64,000 bases of DNA from positions 56,482,001 through 56,546,000 of the forward strand of contig OZ024742.1 of assembly GCA_964016885.1 (NCBI GenBank), written 5' to 3'. Position numbers and translations under genes: made by a program. This document shows positions 41,310 to 52,900 of the stretch, piece after piece (within the stretch, counting starts at the first letter, position 1; every line of letters begins with the position of its first letter). The notes below the pieces were generated by a model. It searched no databases and was not told where the DNA came from. It was given only the letters and a program-made list of their open reading frames with translations. Source of the stretch: Eledone cirrhosa. Taxonomy: Eukaryota.

Positions 41310-41980
41310 ATGCTTTGGGAGGGTCATGTTGCACATATATATATATTACCATAAAAATCATTATCATAAAACTTTCTGCAAGGTTTTACTTTTGACAAAT
41401 TTTAAATTTGCAATATTTCTAGACTTGATTTTATTCAATAAAATTAATTATGTTTATACTTTACGTATGCTATCATCTCTCTATCTGATGGTGTTTACGA
41501 TTCAATTTTTTCATTTATCTGTATATTTTATATGCCTGTGGTGATGCATACGATTTAAACTTTCTCTCTCACTCTCTCTCTATATATATATATATATTAG
41601 CAATTGGAAAGACCAACGGAAACAATGTTCCCTCGGTCCGATTTGATGAAAGTCGATCGTTCCTTAAAATATATATATAGTAATAATAATAAATTTGAAG
41701 ACTAAAATCCAAAGAGGGCTCGATAAGGATAAATATATATCAAATATATAAGAACCGTAGACCAAATATTTATTAAAATAACAGATTAAAGTTTAAGCGG
41801 GATCTTCTGAAACTAACAAAGTCAATCTTTGAACGCGGAAGTGAATATTTCAAAAAACGTTGCAACCGGAGGAAGACAGGACTACGATACTTTGGTTCGT
41901 GGAAACCTTCCCTGGCAAAGAACGGGAAAAAACGAATATAATACGTCATTATTTGGAGCGGTGAAAAACAATTACACGCT

Positions 41981-42243
41981 ACAGCTATCGAGGACTGGAT
42001 TCCAGGTACTGAAAATTCTCACTGCCACTGGTCATATGGCCGATTCTAAAGAATCAATCACGTGACACAGAGGCTAGTCAGTAGGAATGGGATGGTAAGA
42101 TGACAGACGCCTACTAACTGTCATCTTACCATCCCATTCCTACTGACTAGCCTCTGTGTCACGTGATTGATTCTTTAGAATCGGCCATATGACCAGTGGC
42201 AGTGAGAATTTTCAGTACCTGGAATCCAGTCCTCGATAGCTGT
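41981..42243. repeat. Perfect palindrome, 126-bp arms, 11-nt spacer
   Basis: 41981-42106 is the reverse complement of 42118-42243 with no mismatch seen. Confidence 0.95.
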
Positions 42244-42322
42244 TCCATTTACCGAATTATTATTATTTTTATATGTGTCCCCAGTGTCCGCGCATTGCCT
42301 GGAGACTTGGCTGAGAATAGAT

Positions 42323-42402
42323 CTCCCTGATGACGCAATGAAATTCTCAACAGTTCATTACGTAACTGTCTTTATCCCATTGCAGAAACTAATTAGTTGG
42401 AG
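42323..42402 (+). ncRNA. Type-I hammerhead motif with long stem II
   Basis: CTCC-CTGATGA-C-GCAATG..(ACAGTT/AACTGT)..CATTGC-A-GAAA-CTAATTAG-TT^GGAG; palindromic stem III ACTAATTAGT; C/A mismatch at 10.1/11.1. Confidence 0.7.
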
Positions 42403-42463
42403 TGAAAATTTAAGTAAGTTAATTTTTTTTTTTTTTTTTTTTTTTTAATTTTCTTATTTTACC

Positions 42464-42533
<70 letters not shown>

Positions 42534-42577
42534 AAGTTAAATAAAAGTCAAATGATTAAAATTTAGCTTCGTTTATT

Positions 42578-42632
42578 ACTGCTATATATATTTCAGTGAC
42601 AGCCATCTTTGGCTGTGACCTCTTCAGGCAGT
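42578..42632 (-). ncRNA. Type-I hammerhead ribozyme motif, intact core, sense to host pre-mRNA
   Basis: ACTGC-CTGAAGA-G-GTCACAGCC/AAAGAT/GGCTGTCAC-T-GAAA-TATATA-TA^GCAGT, then AATAAA. Confidence 0.82.
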
Positions 42633-42847
42633 TTGAATTAGTATGGTATAGAAAAGTACATATGTTGTTTAGGTGTCAAAACCACATTTATGGTATAAAA
42701 GAAGTCGTAGACTAATGTTCTCTTAGGTGGTTCATAGAGACGTTCTCTGGCAATGAACGGAAAAAACGAAGATAATACGTCATATGTGGATCGGGGAGAA
42801 CAATAGCACGCACCCCAACGGTTTTTGAAATATTCACTTCCGCGTTC

Positions 42848-42923
42848 ACAGATTGACTTTGTTAGTTTCAGAAGATCACGTTAAGGGTGAAAACAGCGGT
42901 CCTTTGCTTAAACTTTAATCTGT
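42848..42923 (+). ncRNA. Extended type-I hammerhead fold with variant CAGAAGA core
   Basis: ACAGATTGA-CTTTGTT-AGTTT-CAGAAGA-TCAC-GTTAA-GGGT-GAAA-ACAG..TTGC-TT^AAACT-TTAATCTGT. Confidence 0.6.
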
Positions 42924-42997
42924 TATTTTAATAAATATATATAATTCGGATCTATTTGACGAATCGACCGGCGCTTGGCCGTCGGGGTCCTGAATCT

Positions 42998-43046
<49 letters not shown>

Positions 43047-43131
43047 AATAAGTGCGGTAGAAATATCCGACGGTATGAACACTCCGTTCATAGGACGAGG
43101 TTAAGTATATTTGTTACAACAGAGACATATA

Positions 43132-43179
43132 CAGGTACTTAGGTTTCTTTGCGTTATACACCCCAACTCATTCAGCCTG
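43132..43179 (-). ncRNA. Hammerhead-like motif with an 8-nt core (CTGAATGA), within an inverted repeat
   Basis: CAGG-CTGAATGA-GTTGGG..-GAAA-CCTAAG-TA^CCTG; mirrored partial copy at 43194-43236 (+). Confidence 0.5.
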
Positions 43180-44098
43180 ATATATAAATAAAAATGAATG
43201 AGTATGGGTGTATAACCAAACGAAACTTAAATACCTCTCTCTGCTGTAAGTAATTATATATATATATATATATATATACATATATAAAGTGTTGTGGTTT
43301 GCTTGAAGCATTGTGGAATAAGAAATACAAATTCAAATAAGTTTAAATATTTGGAAGCCCTACAATGCGTGCATGGTTAAAAATGGTAATAGGAGTTATA
43401 GAGAATAAAAAACTGAGAAAGAGTGAGGACAATAGCATTTTACCTGTTATTTTATTTATCTCAAATATTTTCAGATTTAAAAACCCATTCGCAAGATAGG
43501 ATTAGTGTTTGGCTGGCAGATTTAATTTAAATTATATATACGTTAAATCTGCCAGCCAAACAACAAATCTTCGAATTTTTTTAAATACATATACACGGAT
43601 TCTATTTCGCGTTTCCAGGCTTCTATGAGTCTTCCGTGTACCAAATTCAACTCACAAGGCATTGACTAGCCTGACACTATGGTAGAAGATGCTGTCCTCG
43701 TTGGCCGACATGCAGTTCCATTATGTATTAATGTTAAATGTCGTTGTCGCCGTTACAATAAAACGGTGATATTGTAACAGCTACTGATTATGCTGGATCT
43801 ATGAAATTCTATATACGTAACGTTTATGGTCAGATCAATTAAAGTGCAATAATTTACTCTTAATAACCTTTAATGATTTAAACGTTGAGCGTGCTGATTT
43901 AAATGTTTATATTGTCTTCACTAATGGACAGGTCTTTGTGAAAATGTGTAGTTAACCTATGTAAAATCTTGAATTTTTAACATGGTGTTGAATGGTGTTT
44001 TATACTTTTCAAGAATGTCTTGCTAATATAGTTTCATGTCATACTGGACATTAAGAGTTAAATTAAAACATATAGGAAATAAAAGGAAATCTATTCAC

Positions 44099-44260
44099 CT
44101 TTAAGCGTGATCTCCACTTCATCTCGTAGCACAGAGAAGGTATCGATGGATGAAAGGTCATCGGGTATCGGGTGTCGCCTAACCCATTGACCACATGTAA
44201 AATCAAAGAAGTCATCACACGGATTAACACTGGTGTCCATAGACTGGATCAACTGAGCCG
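44099..44260 (-). CDS. M13 peptidase exon, (A)AQLIQSMDTSVNPCDDFFDFTCGQW...LRDEVEITLK
   Basis: ttttag acceptor, gtgaat donor; 162 bp, phase 1 to 1; MD.SV.PCDDFF.F.CG.W is the hallmark of M13 peptidases. Confidence 0.96.
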
Positions 44261-45526
44261 CTAAAATCAAAAAGAAACAATATAACAAATTTATATTGAG
44301 AACAAATGTATAAAATGATGTGTCCATAAAGTTGTAATTTACCTTACTGGAATAATGCAATTCGATTTCTGATAATATTAAGCTATAGAACGTAAGGTGA
44401 CTGTAGTTAGCATTATGAAATAGCAATTATTCTGGACGCAGTGTCTTCTCTGCAGTGATTGTGTATATTAACAGCAAATGTTTCTAAATCTTGGTGTTAT
44501 CATAAAAATAGATAGCCAATTTATAATGCTAGGGCTGCGAGTTGAGTCGTAATCTACGTACAAACCAGATATCAATCGTTTGATATACAATATCATAGTT
44601 ATTGCTGAAGATTTTCATGGACGAATGTTAGAATTTAGTTTGAAGTAGAAACTTCTTTTAAATAGATGATGCCGAAAATATTCATGCGTGAGAATTCCAC
44701 CATGATTTTCATATCATTTAGGTTTCACAAGCATTCCCTTTTAAGATCAGGATTCCTACACATATCTTGGAAAAGTAAATCCTAATGCAGCTACTGAATA
44801 TTTATATAGTTCATTTGCTACCTGTAATTGTGATTTGATATTTCCATTGAAGCGTTTATTTACAGCCAGGAGGGGAGCACGCTTGTCGATTAAGCGTTTC
44901 TTTCAACGTCATTGTAAAGCACCAATACGCATTGTGGGGGAATTTTATACAAAACCTACTTCACTTTTGACACTGAAATACGAAGTTCACAAAAATCTCA
45001 TATAATATTAACAATCTCACCTAATGATATGTTTGGTTTCCTTACATTGCTATTATTCCTAAAAATGATGATTACCTGCGTTACTTAAAGGGATTTGTTG
45101 CAATGATATTGGGGTTAATGATGCTGTTCTCCCAAGTCGTATCAACTGTGACTATTCGGTCCTTTGTGGAATGGCATCTATAATTACTTTATATTATCGA
45201 TATCCTTTCATTTTTAAGACGGTGAAATTTGCTTTAAGAATATCTATGATCTCAAAAGACGACAAAGAAGTTCATTTGTTGGTTTCTGTAGACATCATCA
45301 ATGTACAAAGAAGAAAGTAATTCACCTACACACATACACACACACACACCTACACACACACACACCTACATACATACATACATACATATATATATATACA
45401 TGTGTGTGTAGAGAGAGGGAGAAAGATATATATATATATACCTAGGTAGATAGATAGATAGAAGACGGATAGATAGATAATTTAAATAGATCAATTCACA
45501 AATGTTCTGGATTACTGGCGGTGATG

Positions 45527-45614
<88 letters not shown>

Positions 45615-46045
45615 CACAAAGTATCAGATGATAGGCAGTCAACTTAGCTGAGTCGTATTTGTCCAAACTCTCATCAGTCTAAATACTACTGAGTTTCACG
45701 TTTCCTCGGTCATACCAATTATCTTGAAAGTAATATAGTCGATTATATGTAATTCGATTACTTTTTATATATATTCTCACAAGAAAGGAGAATATATAGA
45801 GTTTAATGCTGAGCACAAAGTAACTTCTAAAGAATTGAAATCTTGTTTTTCAAAGAAATTTACCGTTCCTTGAAATGAAAAACAATTTAATTTAACATTC
45901 TGAACTAGAAATGTATGGGAATAGGAAATAATCAAATAATTAATGCCTAAATTGTTTCAAGACTGCAATATTTACGATATAATGCCATTTATTGAAAATC
46001 CTTTATCAAAAAGTTATAGTCATAAAATACTTTTCAGGTACTTAC

Positions 46046-46090
46046 CTGCCTCGGTACATCTTGATGTGAGACAGATATTCTCTTTGTCAT
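46046..46090 (-). CDS. M13 peptidase exon, (D)DKENICLTSRCTEA
   Basis: tttcattttcag acceptor, gtaagt donor; 45 bp, phase 1 to 1; the C-x4-C-x2-AA cysteine pair that precedes the PCDDF motif. Confidence 0.88.
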
Positions 46091-46574
46091 CTGAAAATGA
46101 AACGGATAATATAATTAAATTTGTGTATGATTAATGGAGCTGTCAGATGTTTTATTCAATTGAAATTCTATTTACATATATATGATATATGTGTGGGTGG
46201 GTGTGTATGTGTGTGTGAGTGTGTGTATAAAAATGTATATATGTGTGAACATATATATTTTGTATGAATATATATGTATATGCACACACTCACATACTAA
46301 CATACATACATACATACATGGTGGCTGCCAACTCGTTTTCGAGTACGGCCACTACTTTATATCCATGTAGGAGAACCCCTACCGATACGCTGAACGAATG
46401 TGACTTTTTAGTCCAGCCAGCGACTTGAAAACTCTGGTACAAACACTACACTTGTGACAATTATTGACATATAGTGCTGGGCCCATGGTATCATGTGACG
46501 ACAAATGCAGAGAGATCTCCAGATATAAAGCAATGCCTGTGCCGTGAAGCTTTTATAGTGAGCAAAGGCACTGT

Positions 46575-46670
46575 ATACATACATACATACATACATACAT
46601 ACATACATGCATACATACATACATACATACATACATACATACATACATACATACATACATACATACATAC
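46575..46670. repeat. (TACA)n microsatellite at the 5' junction of the RLE LINE
   Basis: About 24 units; a similar tract at 50210-50300. Confidence 0.95.
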
Positions 46671-46671
46671 A

Positions 46672-49600
46672 GAAGAAACCGAAATTATAAATCGCATTTC
46701 TCTTGGAGTTGCGAACTTAATAATGATTAATTTAATTGTTATAAAAGGACAAAAAACAACCCCTCTATTGGCTATATGAACAGAATGAAGCTACACTGGG
46801 ACGAAATGCACCCAGAGCTAAATTATTTCACAGCGAAACAATTACGCCAACAAGCGACGTTTGTTGAACGAAAAAATAAGATAAATATTACTAATTGTAA
46901 GTCCCCCACAACAAACATGTTATCAACAACACGTGCTACAGGTCGCCATGCTACTAGACTTCCTAGCAGCCAGGTCGAACAGCGCCTTGAAACTACTATG
47001 CCTGTAAGAAACTTGACACCACCTGTACCATCTAAGTCTATCTCGAATGCTGGGGAAAACACTATCGATAATAATAATAATTGAAGAAATAATAATAATA
47101 ATCGAATAAATGTAACACCGCGTGTACCATCCGTGTCTACTTCGACTGTTGTGGAAAATACTATCGATAATGATAATCAAAAGTATAAACAATTGAAAAT
47201 TTACTTTACGAAATCTTCCAGAGATAAATTAACTCATGTATAAATATCTCTCTTGCTGAACGTATTAAAACGACAATGGTGAATAAAAAACCAAATAATG
47301 AAATACTACATGTTATTGACGAAATAGGGGATGAATATTTACGACGGATAAAAACCCTAACATTTTGGCAAATCAACGCCTGTTTATATGCCTTAGCAAT
47401 GACAGTGAAGCATTATCTTGGTGATAGCAGAGATATTAACAAGAACAAAACACCACAAAAAATACCATCATCTATAACTAAAATAGAAAAAAAGAGTGCT
47501 GACCTACGAAAAACCATAGGATATGTGACAATGCTCCTTACATGCAAAACAAACACAAACAAACCTCACTCCTCACCAACAAAGATTGAAAAATAGAATA
47601 GAAACGATGTTTGGTAACAGTAGAACCAGAACTCTCCAATATAAGCTGATCACCCTCAAACAAGAATTGAGAGCTGTTAGTGAAAAACGCCGATACCTGA
47701 AGAAGGTAGATGAGAGAAAAGTGATTAATAAAAGATTCAGAAGAAACCAAACATCAGTCTATAGAGATATGAAGGGCAAAATAATAAGTGTCGCTGAGGC
47801 CCTATCCCAGAAAGACATAGATTCCTTTTGGAGAAAAATATGGGGGGGAAAGAAGAATTTCAACCAATATTCAGTGTGGCTAAGAGGAATCCGAAACAAA
47901 AACATACGAAATAAGTTATGATAAAAAACTACCGACCCATTGCATGCCAGAACCTGATGTATAGGATGTATACAGCCTGCCTGAACCTATTCCTCCAAGG
48001 TCACTGTGAAAATAATAACATCATCACAGATGAACAAGCAGCTGGATAGAAAGGGGTTTGGGGATGTGCTGAACAACTCCTAATCAACAAAACTACGATG
48101 TCGGAGGTGCGACAACTTAGGAGGAATATGACTACAGTCTGGCTGGACGACAGGAAAGCTTTCGATTCTGTTCCCTACTCTTGGATGATAGAGGACCTCA
48201 AACTTGCTAAAGTCCCAGACATTATTGGTAGAGCCATAGAGAGGCTGTCTTCTTCTTGGGCTACTATCCTAAGGTTAAAGACAGAGAGGGAGGACTCTAT
48301 TTTCACTGATAAAATAAAATATTGCAGGGGTATATTTCAGGGGGACAGTCTCTCTGTGATATTGTTCATCTTGTCATTAAACCCTTTTCCTTTCTGCTCA
48401 AGAAATGTGAGGGATACATTATTGGCTCACAGGAGGACAGAAATACGAATCTAACCCATAATTTCTTTGTGGACGATCTGAAACTCTATACCAAGAACAT
48501 GGATGGGATGAAGTAAAATCTTCACCTGCTTACAGCGTTCTCAAAGGATATAGGAATGGAGTTTGGCCAAGATAAATGCTCATACGTGACTGTAAAGCGG
48601 GGAAAAACAACAACCCAATCTAACAACATTGTCATCAATGGTCTAACTGTTTCACCGATATCTGATGAGGAATGCTACAGATACCTGGGGATAGATAAGA
48701 ACATATCCTATAATGGTATCTGTAATAAGGAACGCGTAACCCGGGAATATTACACCCGATTAAGAAAGATCTGGTCATCGGAACTCTCTGCGCAAAACAA
48801 AACAGTGGCTCATAATGTGTTTGCTGTACCTGTCCTAACACCAACGTTTGGAATACTCCATTGGACGATAGACGAAATCCGAACAGTTGATGTTGGAACT
48901 TGAAAAATACTGAACAACCCCGGAAGCTTCCACATCAACAGTGACATAGACCGCCTTTACTTGAAACGTAAGTAGGGAGGCAGCGGCCTAATATCAGTCC
49001 AGACAACATTTGAATGTCGCATCATATCTCTCCGACAACATCTACGAACCTCGAAGCGTAGGAGCCCGCTTCTCGAGCAAGTCTATCTGCATGAAACAGA
49101 TAAGATCATGAGAGTTGGGAAGGAACTCCTTGAGAAATATTCTCTGTGTGATAATCAAAAACTCACACCCAGGGATGTCGCTCAGCAGTGTAGCAGTGAA
49201 TCCATGGATGAAAAACTGCATGCGTATCAGCAAAAAATCATGCATGGATATGTTGCCAGGAAGCTCCAGAGTGATAGTAATATAGATAAGGAAAGTAGTC
49301 TATCTTGGAACAACAACCGCTATATTGGCTCCCACTTTGAAGGATACGCTTTTGCAATCCAAGAACAGGAGATTAGCACGAAATACCTGATTCACAAAAG
49401 AGATAGGGATGCAGGCAAAACACCTAGATGTGATAACAAGTGCAGACTCTGCCGAACTAACATCGAGGATATCACTCATGTCATCAGCGGCTGTCCAAAG
49501 ATGTCATCGCGGTACTAAAAAAGATAGCCCCGATAATAAACACATTAAAAGCTACAACAATGTGGAAGACATCCATGTTCATAGTATGTAAGAGTACTGG

Positions 49601-50209
49601 TGGAATGTTCCAGTAAAAACCCCAATAAAATGTAGGCATAACAGACCAGATATTATGATATGGGACAGGGAGAAGAAAACATGCACAGTAGTGGAAATTT
49701 GTTGCCCAGCAGATGCCAATATAATATCAAGGATTAGTGAAAAGGAGAATATTTATGCAGAACTGATGAGAAATCTGCAGATACTCCACCCTGATTACAC
49801 CTTCAGATTTATGCCTGTGATTATTGGGGCACTGGGGTATGTTAGTAACTGCCTCAATACAAATCTTGAGAAGCTAGGCTTCACAGGAACAGAAAGAACA
49901 CAACTAGTTAGGAAATTACAAGTACAATCCATTAATGGAACAGTAAAAATATGCAAAACATTCCAAAAATGTTGCATCTAATAACTGCATATACACATGT
50001 ACAGATACAAAGCATATACACATGCACACATACAACTCAAAACATACACATCCACACATACAATAACATCCATATCTACATATGCATGCATACATACATA
50101 TCTACCTAGTTGACGTTGTGTAAATTCCAAGGAGAGTGTCTTGTCTCTATGTTAGAAACCGACTCTCTCTCTATTGGTAAAACTTTGTGAAATTATAAAA
50201 CTAGAAGAA
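46672..50209 (+). mobile_element. R4/Dong-like non-LTR retrotransposon (RT plus CCHC plus restriction-like endonuclease), decayed
   Basis: GYMNRMKLHW N-terminal motif, NYRPIAC, KAFDSVPYSW, RGIFQGDSLS, FVDDLKLY, CRLC..EDITHVISGC, HNRPDIMIWD..EICCP..EKENIY; stops and frameshifts. Confidence 0.92.
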
Positions 50210-51204
50210 CATACATACATACATACATATATACATATATACATACATACATATATACATATCTACATACATACATACATACATACATACATACATACAT
50301 GCGAAATGAAATATTCAGTTATCTGTGTCTATTCAATACTTTAATTTAACCGTATACCTTCCAGAAGTACGACAAAATGGCTACTATGTTTAGAATTCTA
50401 TCCTAATTACCTGGTCATCTATTAACATACTACTCATCGATTACTTCCAATAACTACGCCACGTCATTAACAGATACATGTTACTTTTGTGATAATGAGT
50501 TATTACTTCAGTTATTATGCTAAGAAAATTAAAACATACTACAGCATTTTAATAAGAAATTTACTCTGTGACTGACAACAAGGTAATTGATGTCACGCAC
50601 CTTGGGATGCCTGTCATCCTATTGGTTTCTGTTTCTAAGAACTGTCCGTTAAATGTCCGTACTATGAGTATTATCTAGGTTAGACACTGTCAGATAGTTG
50701 AATATAATGCTTTACGGTATTCGCTCCGGCTCTACGTGCTTTGAGTTCAAATCCTGTCGAGATTAACTTTCATTCTCATCTTTTTGTAGTCGACACCAAT
50801 CCAGCACTGATGTCGATTCTTCCACTTTATCTCTTCCTTGTGGAGTTCTGTATCCATAAATACATTAGCCGAACGTATAAGAAGTTCTCTTCACAATCGT
50901 TATTTCCCAGTTTCTATTCCACTATATGGTGTAGGGGGCGTGTCAGTCTGAATCCCCCTCAGAATTACGTTCAGGATACACATGCCTCTGGAATGCTCAG
51001 GTGCTTGTACTTTAATTTTATGAGCCGGTTGTTCCCTTAATCGAGCAACTCTAATACCTATCGTTGATACCGACAGACGTTCATTCAATTTTATTCCATT
51101 AACTAAGATGTGAGCAAGGATGTCTGAGTGATATCGTCTTCGGCAGTCCGTTCTATATACGGAGAGAAGCATATAATTCTACAAGTGTTATTCTCTCTAA
51201 ATGT

Positions 51205-51470
51205 AGAGGTATGTAGCTTAGTTGTTGGGGACGTTTGGATCACGATCCTAAGATCATGAGCTCGATTCCCGGTGGCCTGCTTTACTTTATTTCAAGTTAC
51301 CCCTGTCAGTTGAAAAGAATGAGCAGTACCTGTAATTAAAAGGACCAGCTTTGTCACACACAGTGTCAAGTAGAGTCTCACTGAGTAAATGTGCCTGTAG
51401 AATGCGCAGCTACTTCAGCAATAATTTCCAAAGCAGGCTGATCGAATAATCTGGAACACTCGTTCCATTT
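51205..51470 (+). mobile_element. Second-family tRNA-derived SINE
   Basis: Reverse-complement similarity to 8190-8478; tRNA-like head. Confidence 0.55.
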
Positions 51471-52714
51471 GCAATAACCTGCATCAGGCGTTGTAAATTT
51501 GATCAGTTGCCTAATCCACTGATTTCGAATCTTATGTCGGCACACTTTCGATAGAAGTTTGCAGCACAAAATTGATTTGGTCAGTTTAAAGTACATAAAG
51601 ATTATTTTTAGTGGTGATCTGATATTATGTAAATATCTTTAAATTATTTTAGTTAACGTTAAATACTAAATTGGTCGGGGGCGTAATGAAATCCGTCTAG
51701 GGTGTGAACTGAAATATACAATGATTAAAGTATTTCGAATAATGATTAAAACAATAAGCAAGGAGAGAGAGAAAAAACAGAAACGTCTGAGTTGGGGAGA
51801 AATAACTAATGAAAAAAGGAAATGAGAGGTGGAAAGGGAAAAGGCAAACTCTACACTTCTCACTGGTAGTGTATCTCAGCTGCGTCTCGCGGGATAGATG
51901 GCCACAGCATTGCCGTTGCACATCAGAAACAAGCAATTTATTCATAATATGGTCATCAGAATCTTTTAAAATTCATCTCTTCTATATACAGAAAAACATT
52001 ATTTTATCATGATTACTCTTTAGCTTAATGTAAGAGACGTTCACTGACCTGGGTATAGCAGCATCAGGCTATATATTTAAATAGTATTTATCCAAACAGG
52101 TTGCACGTGTACTAAGATTAATTAGCAATGAATCAGTATATTATTAACTCTTGTGGATGTTTTGACGGAATTAATTATTGAGGGATAAGAATTAACTGAG
52201 TGAAGAGAAAATTGCGAGCTCAACAGACGTTTTCTAATGAATAATAATTAAGAATAATCGTGAATATGGTGAAGCCTAAAGCAGTTGTACTGCTTGCAGA
52301 GTGACGTTCAATATAGAATGTGAAATATTCTAATTAAAGGAAACATGTTGTAATAAATTATAATTCTCCAATGTGTCTTATGTTGCCGTTCTCTATAAGA
52401 TTAACTTCACAAAAGGGAGACATGAATGCTGATAGACTTGGTCGTTTAATCTGTTGGAAGTATATAATCATACGCGGCTATAATTGAAGTTCTAAAAAAC
52501 ATAATTTGCGATAAAGCTATAACAAAAATTAGAAAATTATTTTCTAATGACAGTGTATCTTTTAAGTCAATTAAATATATTATCCTTCCAGAAATACGAC
52601 AGATATTAATCCTAAACAATTTATTTTCGAATATGTTAAAAAATAGCCAAATGTTGAATGTGAGTTTTATCCCTTGATGCACTGTAATAATTCTTTCTAA
52701 CAAGAGAAGCAATT

Positions 52715-52900
52715 TAAGGGAAGGGGAAAGTGGATATTGACCCCAGTATTTAACTGGTACTTTATTTTAGCGACCCCCCCCCCCCCCCAGTAAGATGAAA
52801 AAAAAAAGCTGAACACGGTGGGATTTAAACACAGAACGAAGGAAGTCGTAACTAAGCATGTTGTCCGACGTCCTACCTATACTGCCATCACCCACCCTAA
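52715..52900 (-). mobile_element. Old major-family SINE
   Basis: ctggtactttattttagcgacccc...gatgaaa...ggtgggatttaaac. Confidence 0.6.

Noticed and set aside
45076-45177. Possible extra minus-strand exon (ag...GCAG|gtaatc) between two peptidase exons
   Set aside because: It has a stop in the required phase, and the flanking exons already join to give the intact CTEAAAQL motif.
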